Positions 8,503 through 18,308 are shown, counted from the first letter of the stretch. The stretch is DNA of 64,000 nt from an uncultured Ferruginibacter sp. (GCA_964590975.1 CAZPXP010000006.1:42729-106728), one strand, 5' to 3'. Translations and numbers: made by a program. The notes: generated by a model not told the origin, from the sequence alone.

Positions 8503-11349
8503 ATGATAAGCAGTAAAAACCTTACTAACACAACCAGGACACTCAACCGCAAAAACTTTGTTTTTTATCTTGTCACACTCATCCTCCTCGGGGTTAGTTT
8601 CTTCTGCTTCAACAGATCGTACCGCGAACTTATACGCTATAAAGAACTGAAGAACAGGGAAGGTATTGTACATAGCTGTTTCCAAAGCATCTCCAGGCAA
8701 ATCATCAATGCTGCTGTTACTAACCCCGATCTTCTTGGAGCAACCGGTGCTTTAAGAACGAATAAGCTTTTTTTTATTGACAGCCAATTCGTTTTTCAGC
8801 AGTTGGCGTTGCTGAAGTCAACTGTCAGAGATAGTATAAATATCAGGATTGCCTCCGAACTTAGCCCCATAATCAGATCAGAACTGGCATGGATCATTAA
8901 AAGTAATGTGCCCGACTCTATACTTCATCATCGGGCAGCACCACATATAACTATACTCGAAAAGATTGATTCACTTGTCAATGCGGGCATCAAAAGAACA
9001 GACTTTTTACTCAGTTACCGCGATAAACAACTAAATGCCGCTATCAGCAGAATGAGGGTATGGATGGGGGTTTTTATTCTGTCGTGTGTCATTCTTCTTT
9101 TTTATACACTGTTTAATCTGCTCCGGCAGCGTTACGAAAACGAACGACGCTTCAGGACACTTATCGAAAACAGCGACGATATTATAGCTATGCTGGATGA
9201 AGATCTTTTCCCGGTATACAGAAGCCCGTCTGCCGAACGTATTACAGGCTATACAGCAAAAAATCGTGATGACGCTGTAAAAATATGGGATATATACCCC
9301 GACGACAGGCTTAAGATTGATGAATGCCTGGCAGCAACAAAAGCCAATCCCGGTAAAGCCATCCCGGTTACATACAGGCTGAAGCACAAACAGGGGCATT
9401 ATATCTGGCTGGAGGGAACGTTTACCAATTTGATTCACGACCCTGCCGTGAAAGCAATCGTCGCAAATATGCGCGACATTACCAAACGTATGAAGGAAGA
9501 AGAACGACTTAAATTACTGGAATCAGTAATTACCAATACCAACGATGCAGTCTTGATCACAGAAGCAGAACCTATCGATGAGCCTGGCCCCAGGATAGTG
9601 TACGTAAACGGTGCATTCACAAAAATGACAGGGTACACAGCAGAAGAAGTAATTGGTAAAACCCCGAGGATACTCCAGGGCCCCAAATCCGACAGGCAAG
9701 AACTGAAGCGCCTGCGCGAAGCGCTCAGATGCTGGCAACCCTGCGAAATAAGCATCATAAATTATAAAAAAAACGGCGAGGAATTCTGGATCAATTTTGC
9801 AGTTAATCCTGTGACCGACTCGAAAGGGTGGGTAACCTATTGGGTTTCAGTAGAAAGAGATATCACGCTGCGTAAAAATGCCGAAATAGCCCTTCAGGAA
9901 AGTACCAAGTCCCTAGAAGACTATATGTTCGCATTGAATGAGTCGAGTATTATTGCTGTAACAGACAGTAAAGGAATAATACTGACCGTAAACGATAACT
10001 TCTGCAAAATATCAAGATACAGCAGGGAAGAGCTTATCGGAAATACACACAGGATAATCAACTCAAATCATCATCCCAGGGAATTTTTCATAGACCTTTG
10101 GCGCACAATATCATCGGGCAAAACCTGGAGAGGCGAGATCATGAATAAAACAAAGGATGGGGATTATTATTGGGTGTACACTACCATTACCCCATTTCTG
10201 GATCATAATAATAAACCCTTCCAGTACCTGGCCATACGCTTCGATATCACAGAGAAAAAAATGGCAGAGCAGGCACTGTTCCACAGCCTCAACGATAAAA
10301 AAATAATACTGGAAAGTATAGGCGATGGCTTCTTTGCAGTAGATAAAAACTGGATAGTAACCTACTGGAACAATCAGGCAGAAAAGATATTAAGCAAACG
10401 TAAAGACGAAGTAGAAGGGTATAATTTATGGGAAGTCTTCTCCACCAGTCCCGATTCTAAGTCATATAAAAAATATCATTATGCAGTAGAAACAAACCAG
10501 GTTATTCATTTTGAAGATTATTATACTCCTCTCAATAAATGGTACGAAGTAAGCGCATACCCTTCCGGTAATGGCCTGTCAGTATATTTTAAGGATGTAA
10601 CAGAGCGTAAAGTTTCCGAGATCAGGCTCAATAAATTAAATGAAGACCTTCAGAAACAAACAAGAGAACTGGCAGTATCCAATGCCGAACTGGAGCAGTT
10701 TGCATACGTGGCATCACACGACCTGCAGGAACCCTTGCGTATGGTAACAAGCTTCCTTACACAATTAGAAAAGAAATATGCCGGTGTACTCGACGATAAA
10801 GGTCAGAAGTATATAGATTTTGCTGTAGACGGAGCCAAACGTATGCGCCATATCATCCTCGACCTGCTGGAGTTTTCGAGAGTAGGAAGAGCAGCAGATG
10901 CCCCGGAAAGCATTGATCTGAATGAACTGGTAAATGACATACAGATACTCTTCCGCAAACAGGCAGAAGAAAAAAAAGCAGTAATTAAAACCGGCAGGTT
11001 GCCTGTCATCAACTCTTATAAAGCACCACTCAGGCAGGTTTTCCAGAACCTGGTAAGCAATGCCTTAAAGTATAGTAAAAAAAATATACCTCCGCAGGTA
11101 GAGATTACTGCAAAAGAAACGGATAGCGGCTGGGAATTTGCCGTGGCAGACAATGGGATAGGTATATCCTCAGTATATTTTGATAAAATATTTATCATCT
11201 TTCAACGGCTGCATAATAAAGACGAATTTTCAGGCACAGGGATGGGGCTGGCCGTAAGCAAAAAAATAATAGAAAACTGGGGCGGCCGGATATGGGTAAA
11301 ATCTGAGGAAGGAGTCGGCAGCACTTTTTATTTCACTATTAACAAATAA
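8503..11349 (+). CDS. Multi-PAS sensor histidine kinase
   Basis: 948 aa. N-terminal TM segments, several PAS/PAC-like repeats (for example GHYIWLEGTFTNL and DGDYYWVYTTITP), H-box FAYVASHDLQEPLR, and HATPase N/G boxes (NALKYS, GTGMGLAVSKKIIE). Confidence 0.9.
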   Translation: MISSKNLTNTTRTLNRKNFVFYLVTLILLGVSFFCFNRSYRELIRYKELKNREGIVHSCFQSISRQIINAAVTNPDLLGATGALRTNKLFFIDSQFVFQQLALLKSTVRDSINIRIASELSPIIRSELAWIIKSNVPDSILHHRAAPHITILEKIDSLVNAGIKRTDFLLSYRDKQLNAAISRMRVWMGVFILSCVILLFYTLFNLLRQRYENERRFRTLIENSDDIIAMLDEDLFPVYRSPSAERITGYTAKNRDDAVKIWDIYPDDRLKIDECLAATKANPGKAIPVTYRLKHKQGHYIWLEGTFTNLIHDPAVKAIVANMRDITKRMKEEERLKLLESVITNTNDAVLITEAEPIDEPGPRIVYVNGAFTKMTGYTAEEVIGKTPRILQGPKSDRQELKRLREALRCWQPCEISIINYKKNGEEFWINFAVNPVTDSKGWVTYWVSVERDITLRKNAEIALQESTKSLEDYMFALNESSIIAVTDSKGIILTVNDNFCKISRYSREELIGNTHRIINSNHHPREFFIDLWRTISSGKTWRGEIMNKTKDGDYYWVYTTITPFLDHNNKPFQYLAIRFDITEKKMAEQALFHSLNDKKIILESIGDGFFAVDKNWIVTYWNNQAEKILSKRKDEVEGYNLWEVFSTSPDSKSYKKYHYAVETNQVIHFEDYYTPLNKWYEVSAYPSGNGLSVYFKDVTERKVSEIRLNKLNEDLQKQTRELAVSNAELEQFAYVASHDLQEPLRMVTSFLTQLEKKYAGVLDDKGQKYIDFAVDGAKRMRHIILDLLEFSRVGRAADAPESIDLNELVNDIQILFRKQAEEKKAVIKTGRLPVINSYKAPLRQVFQNLVSNALKYSKKNIPPQVEITAKETDSGWEFAVADNGIGISSVYFDKIFIIFQRLHNKDEFSGTGMGLAVSKKIIENWGGRIWVKSEEGVGSTFYFTINK

Positions 11350-11377
11350 CAGCATATCAGAAAATAAACTATAAATT

Positions 11378-11818
11378 ATGATCAATCCTGTTCACATCTT
11401 ACTGGTTGAAGATAATGAAGGTGATATCCTGCTCACACAGGAAGCACTTACCGACGGTAAAATATTACATACCCTTAGTGTAGTAAAAGATGGCGACGAA
11501 GCCATCAGCTTTATGAATAAACAGCATAAGTACACGCAGGTCGAATCGCCCGATATAGTGTTGCTGGATATCAATCTTCCAAAAAAGAATGGGCATGAAG
11601 TATTGAAATATATGAAAGAAAAAGACAGCATTAAGCACATTCCCGTTATTATGCTTACAACCTCCTCATTTGAAAAAGATATAAACCAGGCCTATAGCAA
11701 TCATGCCAACTGTTATATTACCAAGCCGGTTGATGTCAGCGACTTCCTTGACGTGGTTGTAAAAATTGAAAACTTCTGGATATCTATAGTTAAACTGCCC
11801 TCTTTCCTGAAAACATAA
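11378..11818 (+). CDS. Stand-alone response regulator (receiver domain only)
   Basis: 146 aa. ILLVEDNEGD, phospho-acceptor context PDIVLLDINLPKKNG, and conserved TTS...K (YITKP). Lies 28 bp after the kinase. Confidence 0.9.
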   Translation: MINPVHILLVEDNEGDILLTQEALTDGKILHTLSVVKDGDEAISFMNKQHKYTQVESPDIVLLDINLPKKNGHEVLKYMKEKDSIKHIPVIMLTTSSFEKDINQAYSNHANCYITKPVDVSDFLDVVVKIENFWISIVKLPSFLKT

Positions 11819-11971
11819 CAACCCGTCGAAATATTTCGACAGTTAAATAAGCAGTTCGTCTATAGGCGGTCAATATTTATGAGGCAAAATTTGTGAAGAA
11901 TTTGTATAACCGGTGATTCAATACACAACCATCACAGTTATACCTGTTTTATCACACTAAACCTCTTAATT

Positions 11972-13663
11972 ATGAAACCCTTTTTATTCTCATTGTTCCT
12001 GTTATCAGGATACACCACTCTCGCAAATGTCCGTAAATCACCAGTTGTCGAAACTCCTGCGGTTGCAGGCGATTACATGAGTAACGTAACAACGAACGGG
12101 CTTTGGAGCGACGTTTCAAGCTGGCTTGTTTATGACGGAACTGCCTGGGTGGCAGCAACAGCAGCCCCCGATGCTTCCGCCGGTTTAATCACTATTGCAG
12201 ACGGCGATAGTATAGCCGTCACTTCACCGGTCACCACAGATCAGGTAGTTATTGAAAATGGTGCCGTACTGGCTATTATTAATACAGTTACCCCCGTTAC
12301 CTTTACTTTAAATAATGACACCGGGGCAGATATGATTGTAAACGGAAAGCTGTACATCTCAACAGGTGCAACACTCAGCGGAACAGGTGCCATCCAGAAT
12401 AACTCCGGTGCCCTTTTTACGATCACCAACGATGGAACCCTGGCTGTCAATGTTGTTAATAATGGCTTTATTGACATTAGTGGCATAGCAAATATCCAGG
12501 ATGCAACCGTTACCAGTTATGGAATACTAACCCACATGGGCAGTACACTTAACCTGAATAATGCCGCATTTAATAACTATGGGGCCTTTAATATAGTTGC
12601 TGCGGGGCCGGCCCTGGTCGGCAGCACAGGCGGAGGCTCGTTTATTAACAATGCAGGCGCCTCTATTACAAAAACCGACGAAGACCAGCTTATACAGATC
12701 TCCCCAACTGTAGCATTTACCAACAACGGTATTATTAACGGTGCAGGCCAGTTTGTTATTTATAATATAATTGCCAATAACGGAGCCATCAACTCCGGCA
12801 TCTCATCCGGTACCCTGGTGCTAAACCCTGCCTTTGTTACAGGCAATGCCCCCGTATTTAATGTTGAACTGGATGGAACAGGCGCAGTAGCAGGTATTAA
12901 TTATAACCAGGTGTTGTTCTCCTCCGTTGGTGCTTCCAATACCAATATAACAGGAGCACATCTGGTAATTACAGACAATGCAGCAGATCCGATAGGCACA
13001 ATGTACACCCTGTTCAGTTCTCCTGCCGGTACTATCACAGGCCCCTTTGCCAGTGTCTCTCTTCCACCCACGCTCACCGCCCTTACATATACCAGCAATG
13101 CCGTTACAGTACAGAAAACGGGAGTGCTCCCCGTGCTCTGGGGATCACTTACAGCAACTGCCCGCGATAATAAGGTTATCCTGAACTGGAAAACCATGCA
13201 GGAAAACAATGTGTCACACTTTATTGTAGAGTATTCTGCCGATGGGTTTTATTTCAGGGAGGCAGGCACAGTAACTGCTGAAGGCAACAGCACAACGCCC
13301 GTTGCGTACACCTATTCGCACCCTTCACCTTCTTTAAATAGCAGCAACTATTACCGCGTACAGCAGGTAGACGTCGATGGCAAAAAAACAACCTCCCCTG
13401 TTGTAAAAGCAATTTTTGCCGGTGATCAGGTACCCGTTATATCCGGGCTCATCAACCCGGCACGCGATATAATAAGTTTTAATGTCAACAGGCCTGGTGT
13501 TCGGATTATGCTCACCGATATAACAGGCAGGATCATCATCAACCAGCACGTGAGCGAAGGACCGTTCCAGTTGTCCACTAAAACAATGCCCGCAGGTACA
13601 TACCCCCTCGTGGTCATTGTAAACAATAAACCTGCCGATACCTATACGATCATTAAACTGTAG
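11972..13663 (+). CDS. Secreted repeat protein with T9SS type A C-terminal sorting domain
   Basis: Signal peptide MKPFLFSLFLLSGYTTLANV. G/T/N/A-rich beta-helix-like repeats. An approximately 90-aa Ig/FN3-like module (VLPVLWGSLTA...YYRVQQVDVDGKKTTSPV). C-terminus INPARDIISFNV...PAGTYPLVVIVNNKPADTYTIIKL is typical of Por secretion tails. Confidence 0.75.
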   Translation: MKPFLFSLFLLSGYTTLANVRKSPVVETPAVAGDYMSNVTTNGLWSDVSSWLVYDGTAWVAATAAPDASAGLITIADGDSIAVTSPVTTDQVVIENGAVLAIINTVTPVTFTLNNDTGADMIVNGKLYISTGATLSGTGAIQNNSGALFTITNDGTLAVNVVNNGFIDISGIANIQDATVTSYGILTHMGSTLNLNNAAFNNYGAFNIVAAGPALVGSTGGGSFINNAGASITKTDEDQLIQISPTVAFTNNGIINGAGQFVIYNIIANNGAINSGISSGTLVLNPAFVTGNAPVFNVELDGTGAVAGINYNQVLFSSVGASNTNITGAHLVITDNAADPIGTMYTLFSSPAGTITGPFASVSLPPTLTALTYTSNAVTVQKTGVLPVLWGSLTATARDNKVILNWKTMQENNVSHFIVEYSADGFYFREAGTVTAEGNSTTPVAYTYSHPSPSLNSSNYYRVQQVDVDGKKTTSPVVKAIFAGDQVPVISGLINPARDIISFNVNRPGVRIMLTDITGRIIINQHVSEGPFQLSTKTMPAGTYPLVVIVNNKPADTYTIIKL

Positions 13664-14711
13664 CAATCATAAAGTTCACCAGTAAGGTACAACCCTTACC
13701 CGGTGCCGATATAATATCCATTTTACCATTAAGCAGCGATGCCCTGGTTTTGATATTCATCAGGCCTATTCCCCCCGTTACCCTGTTAGTATCAAATCCC
13801 AGGCCATCGTCTTTAATGCAGAGTGTAAGTTCTTTGTTTAACTGTATCAGGGTTACATAAATGTTTTCAGTAGCCGCATATTTCTGAATATTGTTTAATT
13901 GCTCCTGGACGATCCGGTATAAGGTGAGTTTCAATTTATCGGGCAGGCAGTCTTCGTCAAGACCGGCAAATTCAGTATGCACCGGTATACCGGTCGTTTT
14001 TGTAATACTGTCCAGAAGAAGCTCAATAGCCTCCTGTAGTTTCGACTCGCTGAAAGAAGGAGGGATCATAGAATGAGAAAGCGACCTGATCTCTGTAATA
14101 GCTTTAGTAATAAGCGTTTCCGCCGTCTTTGTAAAAAAATCAAGGCCCTTGTTATCTCTTTTGCTAAGGCCCAGGTACAAAAGAGTGCTCGCCAGTATCT
14201 GGTTAATATTATCATGCAGCTCCCTTCCAATATACTGGCGTTCATTCTCCTGCGCAGCTATTACAGCCTCGGTAATCTCAAACTGCTTCCTTTCCTCAGA
14301 TTGTTTCAGTTTCACTTCAACCCTCATCCTTTCAATGCTGTATAAAATAGTCTTGGCCAGTAGTTTTTCATCAGAATCACCTTTGATAAGATAATCCTGG
14401 GCACCCAGCGTAATAGCCTCTAACGCCAGTGCCATGTCGGTATAACCCGATAAAATAACCACCGGGATAGAAAGCGAACACTTTTTAACAGATATATAGG
14501 AATTTATTCCGTGGCTGTCAGGTAACGACAGGTCAAGCAATACGATGTCTACGTTTTCCTCTTTTAAAACCTTAAGCGATTCCCGTATAGTGCCAGCAAA
14601 GAAAATATTTCGGATAGACAGACCCGAAGAGTGCAGTAGGTCTGTTACAAGAAACTGATCGCCAGGATTATCCTCAACAATCAGGATATTTAACAAAACG
14701 GTGAGCGACAT
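13653..14711 (-). CDS. Hybrid protein: N-terminal receiver domain + HisKA_3-type histidine kinase
   Basis: ILIVEDNPGD...VLLDLSLPDSHG (REC), then the NarX/DegS-type H-box RELHDNINQILAS, and an HATPase region DDGLGFD...GGIGLMNIKTRA. The 3' end overlaps the convergent gene by 11 bp. Confidence 0.85.
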   Translation of the reverse strand: MSLTVLLNILIVEDNPGDQFLVTDLLHSSGLSIRNIFFAGTIRESLKVLKEENVDIVLLDLSLPDSHGINSYISVKKCSLSIPVVILSGYTDMALALEAITLGAQDYLIKGDSDEKLLAKTILYSIERMRVEVKLKQSEERKQFEITEAVIAAQENERQYIGRELHDNINQILASTLLYLGLSKRDNKGLDFFTKTAETLITKAITEIRSLSHSMIPPSFSESKLQEAIELLLDSITKTTGIPVHTEFAGLDEDCLPDKLKLTLYRIVQEQLNNIQKYAATENIYVTLIQLNKELTLCIKDDGLGFDTNRVTGGIGLMNIKTRASLLNGKMDIISAPGKGCTLLVNFMIATV

Positions 14712-14736
14712 ATATCAAAGGTTAAAGGGTTTACGT

Positions 14737-15864
14737 TTAGCCATAGTGGGGAAAGGTGAAATAAAAAGTGCTTCCCTCACCCGGTTGCGATTCTGCCCAT
14801 ATACGGCCCCCCCAGCTCTCCACGGCCTTCTTGCTGATGGCCAGGCCAACACCCGTTCCGGTATATCGATCATTAGAGTGCAGGCGCTGAAACAATTCAA
14901 ATATTTTCTCCTGTGCATCCGCCTCTATCCCGATACCGTTGTCTTTAACAGAAAATAGCCAATGATGCTCTTCCCTTAACGCTGCTATCTCAATACAGGG
15001 GCGACCGCCGGCATGGTACTTAAGCGCATTATTTACCAAGTTAAGCAATAAATGCAAAATCTGGCTTTTGGGAACACCAGTAAGAACCGGAAGGGGCGAT
15101 AGCCTTATCTCGGCCTTCAACTCCTCTATCTTGCCCTGGTAAATATTAAGCACTTCTGTAATTACCTCGTTCACATCAACATTCCCCGTCTGTTCATCTG
15201 TTCTGCCTGCCTTGGAATCGTCAAGCAGGTTCCTGATAAGCTGCATCATACGCCTGGCGCCATCCGTTGCAAAACGTATATAATTTATTCCCTCCTCATC
15301 AATTTTGCTGCTGTACCTGTCCCTGAGCAGTTGTAAAAAACTGCTGATAACACGCAGGGGCTCCTGGAGGTCGTGCGAAGCGATATAAGCAAACTGCTCC
15401 AGCTTTTCATTGGATGCTGAAAGATCTTTTACCCTTTGCTCCAGTACTCTGTTGAGGCAGTTCAGCTCCTCCTCCTGGTTCTTACGCTGTGTAATATCCC
15501 TTGCACAGCATGCAATACCACATATATCTCCAGCCTCGTACAAAGGATTAAAATTTACCTCCATCCATCGTTCCCCAGCGGTATCCGTTGCAGCAGTATA
15601 TAATTCCTTATTAAAGGCTTCACCCTTCAGCGCTCTTTGATAGCAAACTTTCCACCACGCAATAAGTTCAGGAGTAAATACATTCTCCATCAGCAGGTAA
15701 TCGCCCGGTGCCGGTGTCCTCCCGCTCATCCTCTGCATGTCCCCGGCAAAAGCACTGTTAGATGTTATCAGTTTAAAATCCCTCGTTAAGCACCACATCA
15801 GGTCGGGCGTACTGTTATAAAGCTGTTGATACGCTTTTTCTGAATCTCTTTGTGAATCGTTCAT
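14737..15864 (-). CDS. PAS sensor histidine kinase (cytoplasmic)
   Basis: 375 aa. One PAS domain, H-box FAYIASHDLQEPLR, and N/G boxes NALKYH and GTGVGLAISKKAVE. The kinase core looks paralogous to that of 8503-11349. Confidence 0.9.
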   Translation of the reverse strand: MNDSQRDSEKAYQQLYNSTPDLMWCLTRDFKLITSNSAFAGDMQRMSGRTPAPGDYLLMENVFTPELIAWWKVCYQRALKGEAFNKELYTAATDTAGERWMEVNFNPLYEAGDICGIACCARDITQRKNQEEELNCLNRVLEQRVKDLSASNEKLEQFAYIASHDLQEPLRVISSFLQLLRDRYSSKIDEEGINYIRFATDGARRMMQLIRNLLDDSKAGRTDEQTGNVDVNEVITEVLNIYQGKIEELKAEIRLSPLPVLTGVPKSQILHLLLNLVNNALKYHAGGRPCIEIAALREEHHWLFSVKDNGIGIEADAQEKIFELFQRLHSNDRYTGTGVGLAISKKAVESWGGRIWAESQPGEGSTFYFTFPHYG

Positions 15865-16262
15865 ATCGCAGAATTTTGTTCAGTAGAAAAATAATACGCT
15901 CACCAGTTATGCTAAAAAAGCATAATATACCCGCTTTGGTATATTATGCACAGATACATAACCGGGAAATCGGGCTAAAACTGCTACCCACCATACTTTA
16001 CTGCAGGTGGGTAGCGGAGTGGTTTTTACAGGATCATTCGCGGTACCTCAATCGGATATTGGATATTATACTCAGCTTAACAAAAAAAACATCAACACGC
16101 TTTCCGGGTTCAGATAATGGATTCTAAGGATATTTTGGTAACGCTCATGCTTAACAGTACAAATATCTATAGCTGCACGTTGTAATAAAATAGTAAAAAA
16201 GCGTATATTAGTGTAGAATCTTTACTACAAAGAAATTAACCCGAAAATCAACCCCGGACACC

Positions 16263-16889
16263 ATGACCAGTTTTTTGCTGATCGACGATCACGAAATTGT
16301 AAGAGCAGGAGTAAAAGCAGTGCTGAAAGAACTCTTTAAACCTTGCGATATTCATGAAGCACAGGATGAAAGCTCTGCACTGGCACACCTGAAGCAACAA
16401 TCATACAATGTCATAATAATGGATGTGCAGATGCCGGGAACAGATGCATTCAGCCTGTTGGAATATATTGTTGTAAAACACCCCGCGGCCAGGGTACTTA
16501 TTTTTTCAATGAGCCCCGAGAATGTCTATGCCAGGCGCTTTCTGCAAGCAGGCGCTATGGGCTTTGTATCAAAAGGAACAGGGCTCGAAGAGTTGAAAAA
16601 AGCCGTGGAACTCGTTCTGAAAAACCGGAAATACCTCAGTGCAGACCTCGCCGAGCGGATGGCCACAGAACTCCATGACCCCGGTATAACCAACCCCTTC
16701 AGCAGGCTCAGCCGAAAAGAATTTGAAATCTGCGATATGCTCATAAAAGGACAATCCGTAACAGAAATAGCCCAAATATTAAACATCGGCATCTCCACCG
16801 TAGGTACACACAAATCCCGTTTGTTCGAAAAACTTGGTGTAAATAACCTCCCCGAACTGATACGGTTAGCACAGGAATATAAAATGTAA
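16263..16889 (+). CDS. NarL/LuxR family response regulator
   Basis: REC domain (LLIDDHEIV...IIMDVQMPG) plus a C-terminal LuxR HTH (LSRKEFEICDMLIKGQSVTEIAQILNIGISTVGTHKSRLFEKLGV). Confidence 0.92.
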   Translation: MTSFLLIDDHEIVRAGVKAVLKELFKPCDIHEAQDESSALAHLKQQSYNVIIMDVQMPGTDAFSLLEYIVVKHPAARVLIFSMSPENVYARRFLQAGAMGFVSKGTGLEELKKAVELVLKNRKYLSADLAERMATELHDPGITNPFSRLSRKEFEICDMLIKGQSVTEIAQILNIGISTVGTHKSRLFEKLGVNNLPELIRLAQEYKM

Positions 16890-17037
16890 CGCCATCCGGC
16901 TTTTATAATAAGCAAATATGCCCCATTAACCCGCACCTTCATACAGAAAATGCTGAACACCCCGCAATTAATTCCGGCACCCGTACAAATAAATGATGCA
17001 GCAATACACAAGCCCCCGACAGCCGCGGTAACAACAT

Positions 17038-17288
17038 TTACACACGCAGAAATCAATCTTACACACGCGGAAATGAATCTTACACACGCGAAAACCAGTC
17101 TTACACAAATGATATGAAGGCAGACAAACAAATAATCATTCCTGCATAAGAGAAACAGGGTTGTACAGGCATAAAAAGCATTCTTGCACAGGTGAAAAAG
17201 ATTCAGGCAGGTGTGAAAACCCATCTTACAGGCATGAAAACCAAACAGGCAGTCGCGAAAACCATGCTTACACTCGTTAAAACGCCTG
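17038..17288. repeat. Degenerate tandem repeat with strict 21-bp period (about 12 units), intergenic
   Basis: Units read directly from the sequence: ttacacacgcagaaatcaatc (17038), ttacacacgcggaaatgaatc (17059), ttacacacgcgaaaaccagtc (17080), ttacacaaatgatatgaaggc (17101). After a degenerate stretch: ttgcacaggtgaaaaagattc (17184), aggcaggtgtgaaaacccatc (17205), ttacaggcatgaaaaccaaac (17226), aggcagtcgcgaaaaccatgc (17247), ttacactcgttaaaacgcctg (17268). Confidence 0.7.
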
Positions 17289-17291
17289 TAG

Positions 17292-17840
17292 TCAGCGGGT
17301 TGACAATATGGTCGCCCCGGGTTTGATCTTTATCCAGCCACTAAGCATATCCCCCGTATGAAAATCGCGGGGCATTTCAGTGTAATACTTCAGCACATTG
17401 AGGCCATTACTTTGCACTACGGTTGAGTATGGTTTGTCGTCATTCAAAGTAACCATTCCTAAAGGGAAAAGTTCAACCTTACCAGGATAAAACCTCAATC
17501 CCATAAAATTGATAAAATAATACCTCACCTCCTCCATAGCACCCTTTTGCACAGCCCTGGAAATAACAAGCGTAGGAAATCCAACACCTACTATATATGA
17601 ATAATGCCCGGTTATAATTACAGTCATTGAATCTGTTGTATAGGAGCATTTTTCAATAGTAATACCCGGCCGCGATACAAAATAGAAGCCCAGGGCATTA
17701 ACATCCTCTTTTTTTTCCAGTGCGAACGATATGCCGAAGTCCCCCCAGGAAGAAGCCTGGGCAAATGTTGTCATAGAACCCAGAGATATCAATAAAAAAA
17801 GGATATACTTTTTCATTATTGTTTTGTTCATGGTAATCAA
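17292..17840 (-). CDS. Hypothetical secreted protein
   Basis: Signal peptide MKKYILFLLISLGSMTTFAQA (several candidate ATGs between 17816 and 17840). No recognisable motif. Confidence 0.6.
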   Translation of the reverse strand: MITMNKTIMKKYILFLLISLGSMTTFAQASSWGDFGISFALEKKEDVNALGFYFVSRPGITIEKCSYTTDSMTVIITGHYSYIVGVGFPTLVISRAVQKGAMEEVRYYFINFMGLRFYPGKVELFPLGMVTLNDDKPYSTVVQSNGLNVLKYYTEMPRDFHTGDMLSGWIKIKPGATILSTR

Positions 17841-17849
17841 TCCAGCTTA

Positions 17850-18308
17850 TTACTCCACCCTCTTCATCCTCGAAAAAGGATAGCCCCCACATCCCTTTCT
17901 CGGGTTTTCCCTGTCAGCCCTTGCTTTAGTACGCGCCTCTTCAATAGACTTCGCATTATAGGTAGTTAAACAAAAGCCCCAGAGAAAAGGTTCCATACCG
18001 GAGAAGCGCATATAATCGATGCGGGTGTATAAACCACGCTCACTGGGATTTTTGTCGTCATTACGCGCCAGCAGGTATTGCGCAGCAGTATCCCAGGCAA
18101 TGATATGGTACTTTATATTGGGATGCTGGGTCCAGAGTGTATCAGTAATAGTATAACCAATGCTGTAGTCGTCCATAAAACTCCCGCGAAACATAACCGG
18201 TATACTGTCTGTAATTACTTTCTTCACCGTTTGCGCACCCACACACCCGGTAACCCGGGCACCAAGTACACATACAAATAATAATATTATCCCTGTTTGT
18301 CTCACCAT
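17850..18308 (-). CDS. Hypothetical secreted protein or lipoprotein
   Basis: N-terminal hydrophobic segment GIILLFVCVLGARVTGC. Lies 9 bp upstream of the previous ORF on the same strand. No recognisable motif. Confidence 0.6.
   Translation of the reverse strand: MVRQTGIILLFVCVLGARVTGCVGAQTVKKVITDSIPVMFRGSFMDDYSIGYTITDTLWTQHPNIKYHIIAWDTAAQYLLARNDDKNPSERGLYTRIDYMRFSGMEPFLWGFCLTTYNAKSIEEARTKARADRENPRKGCGGYPFSRMKRVE

Noticed and set aside
11825-11840. 16-bp palindrome gtcgaaatatttcgac after the receiver-only regulator gene, as a possible terminator
   Set aside because: The stem is short and AT-rich, with essentially no loop and no U-tract, which is too weak to call.
16526-17224. 232-aa minus-strand ORF spanning the 21-bp repeat array
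   Set aside because: Its 3' half is antisense to the well-supported LuxR-type regulator gene. Its 5' half simply translates the repeat as CVRLISA-type heptads. It has no start context or signal features, so it is treated as an artefact of the repeat.
17038-17288. Possible CRISPR array
   Set aside because: The units are contiguous with no spacers, only 21 bp long and degenerate. No cas genes are in the window.
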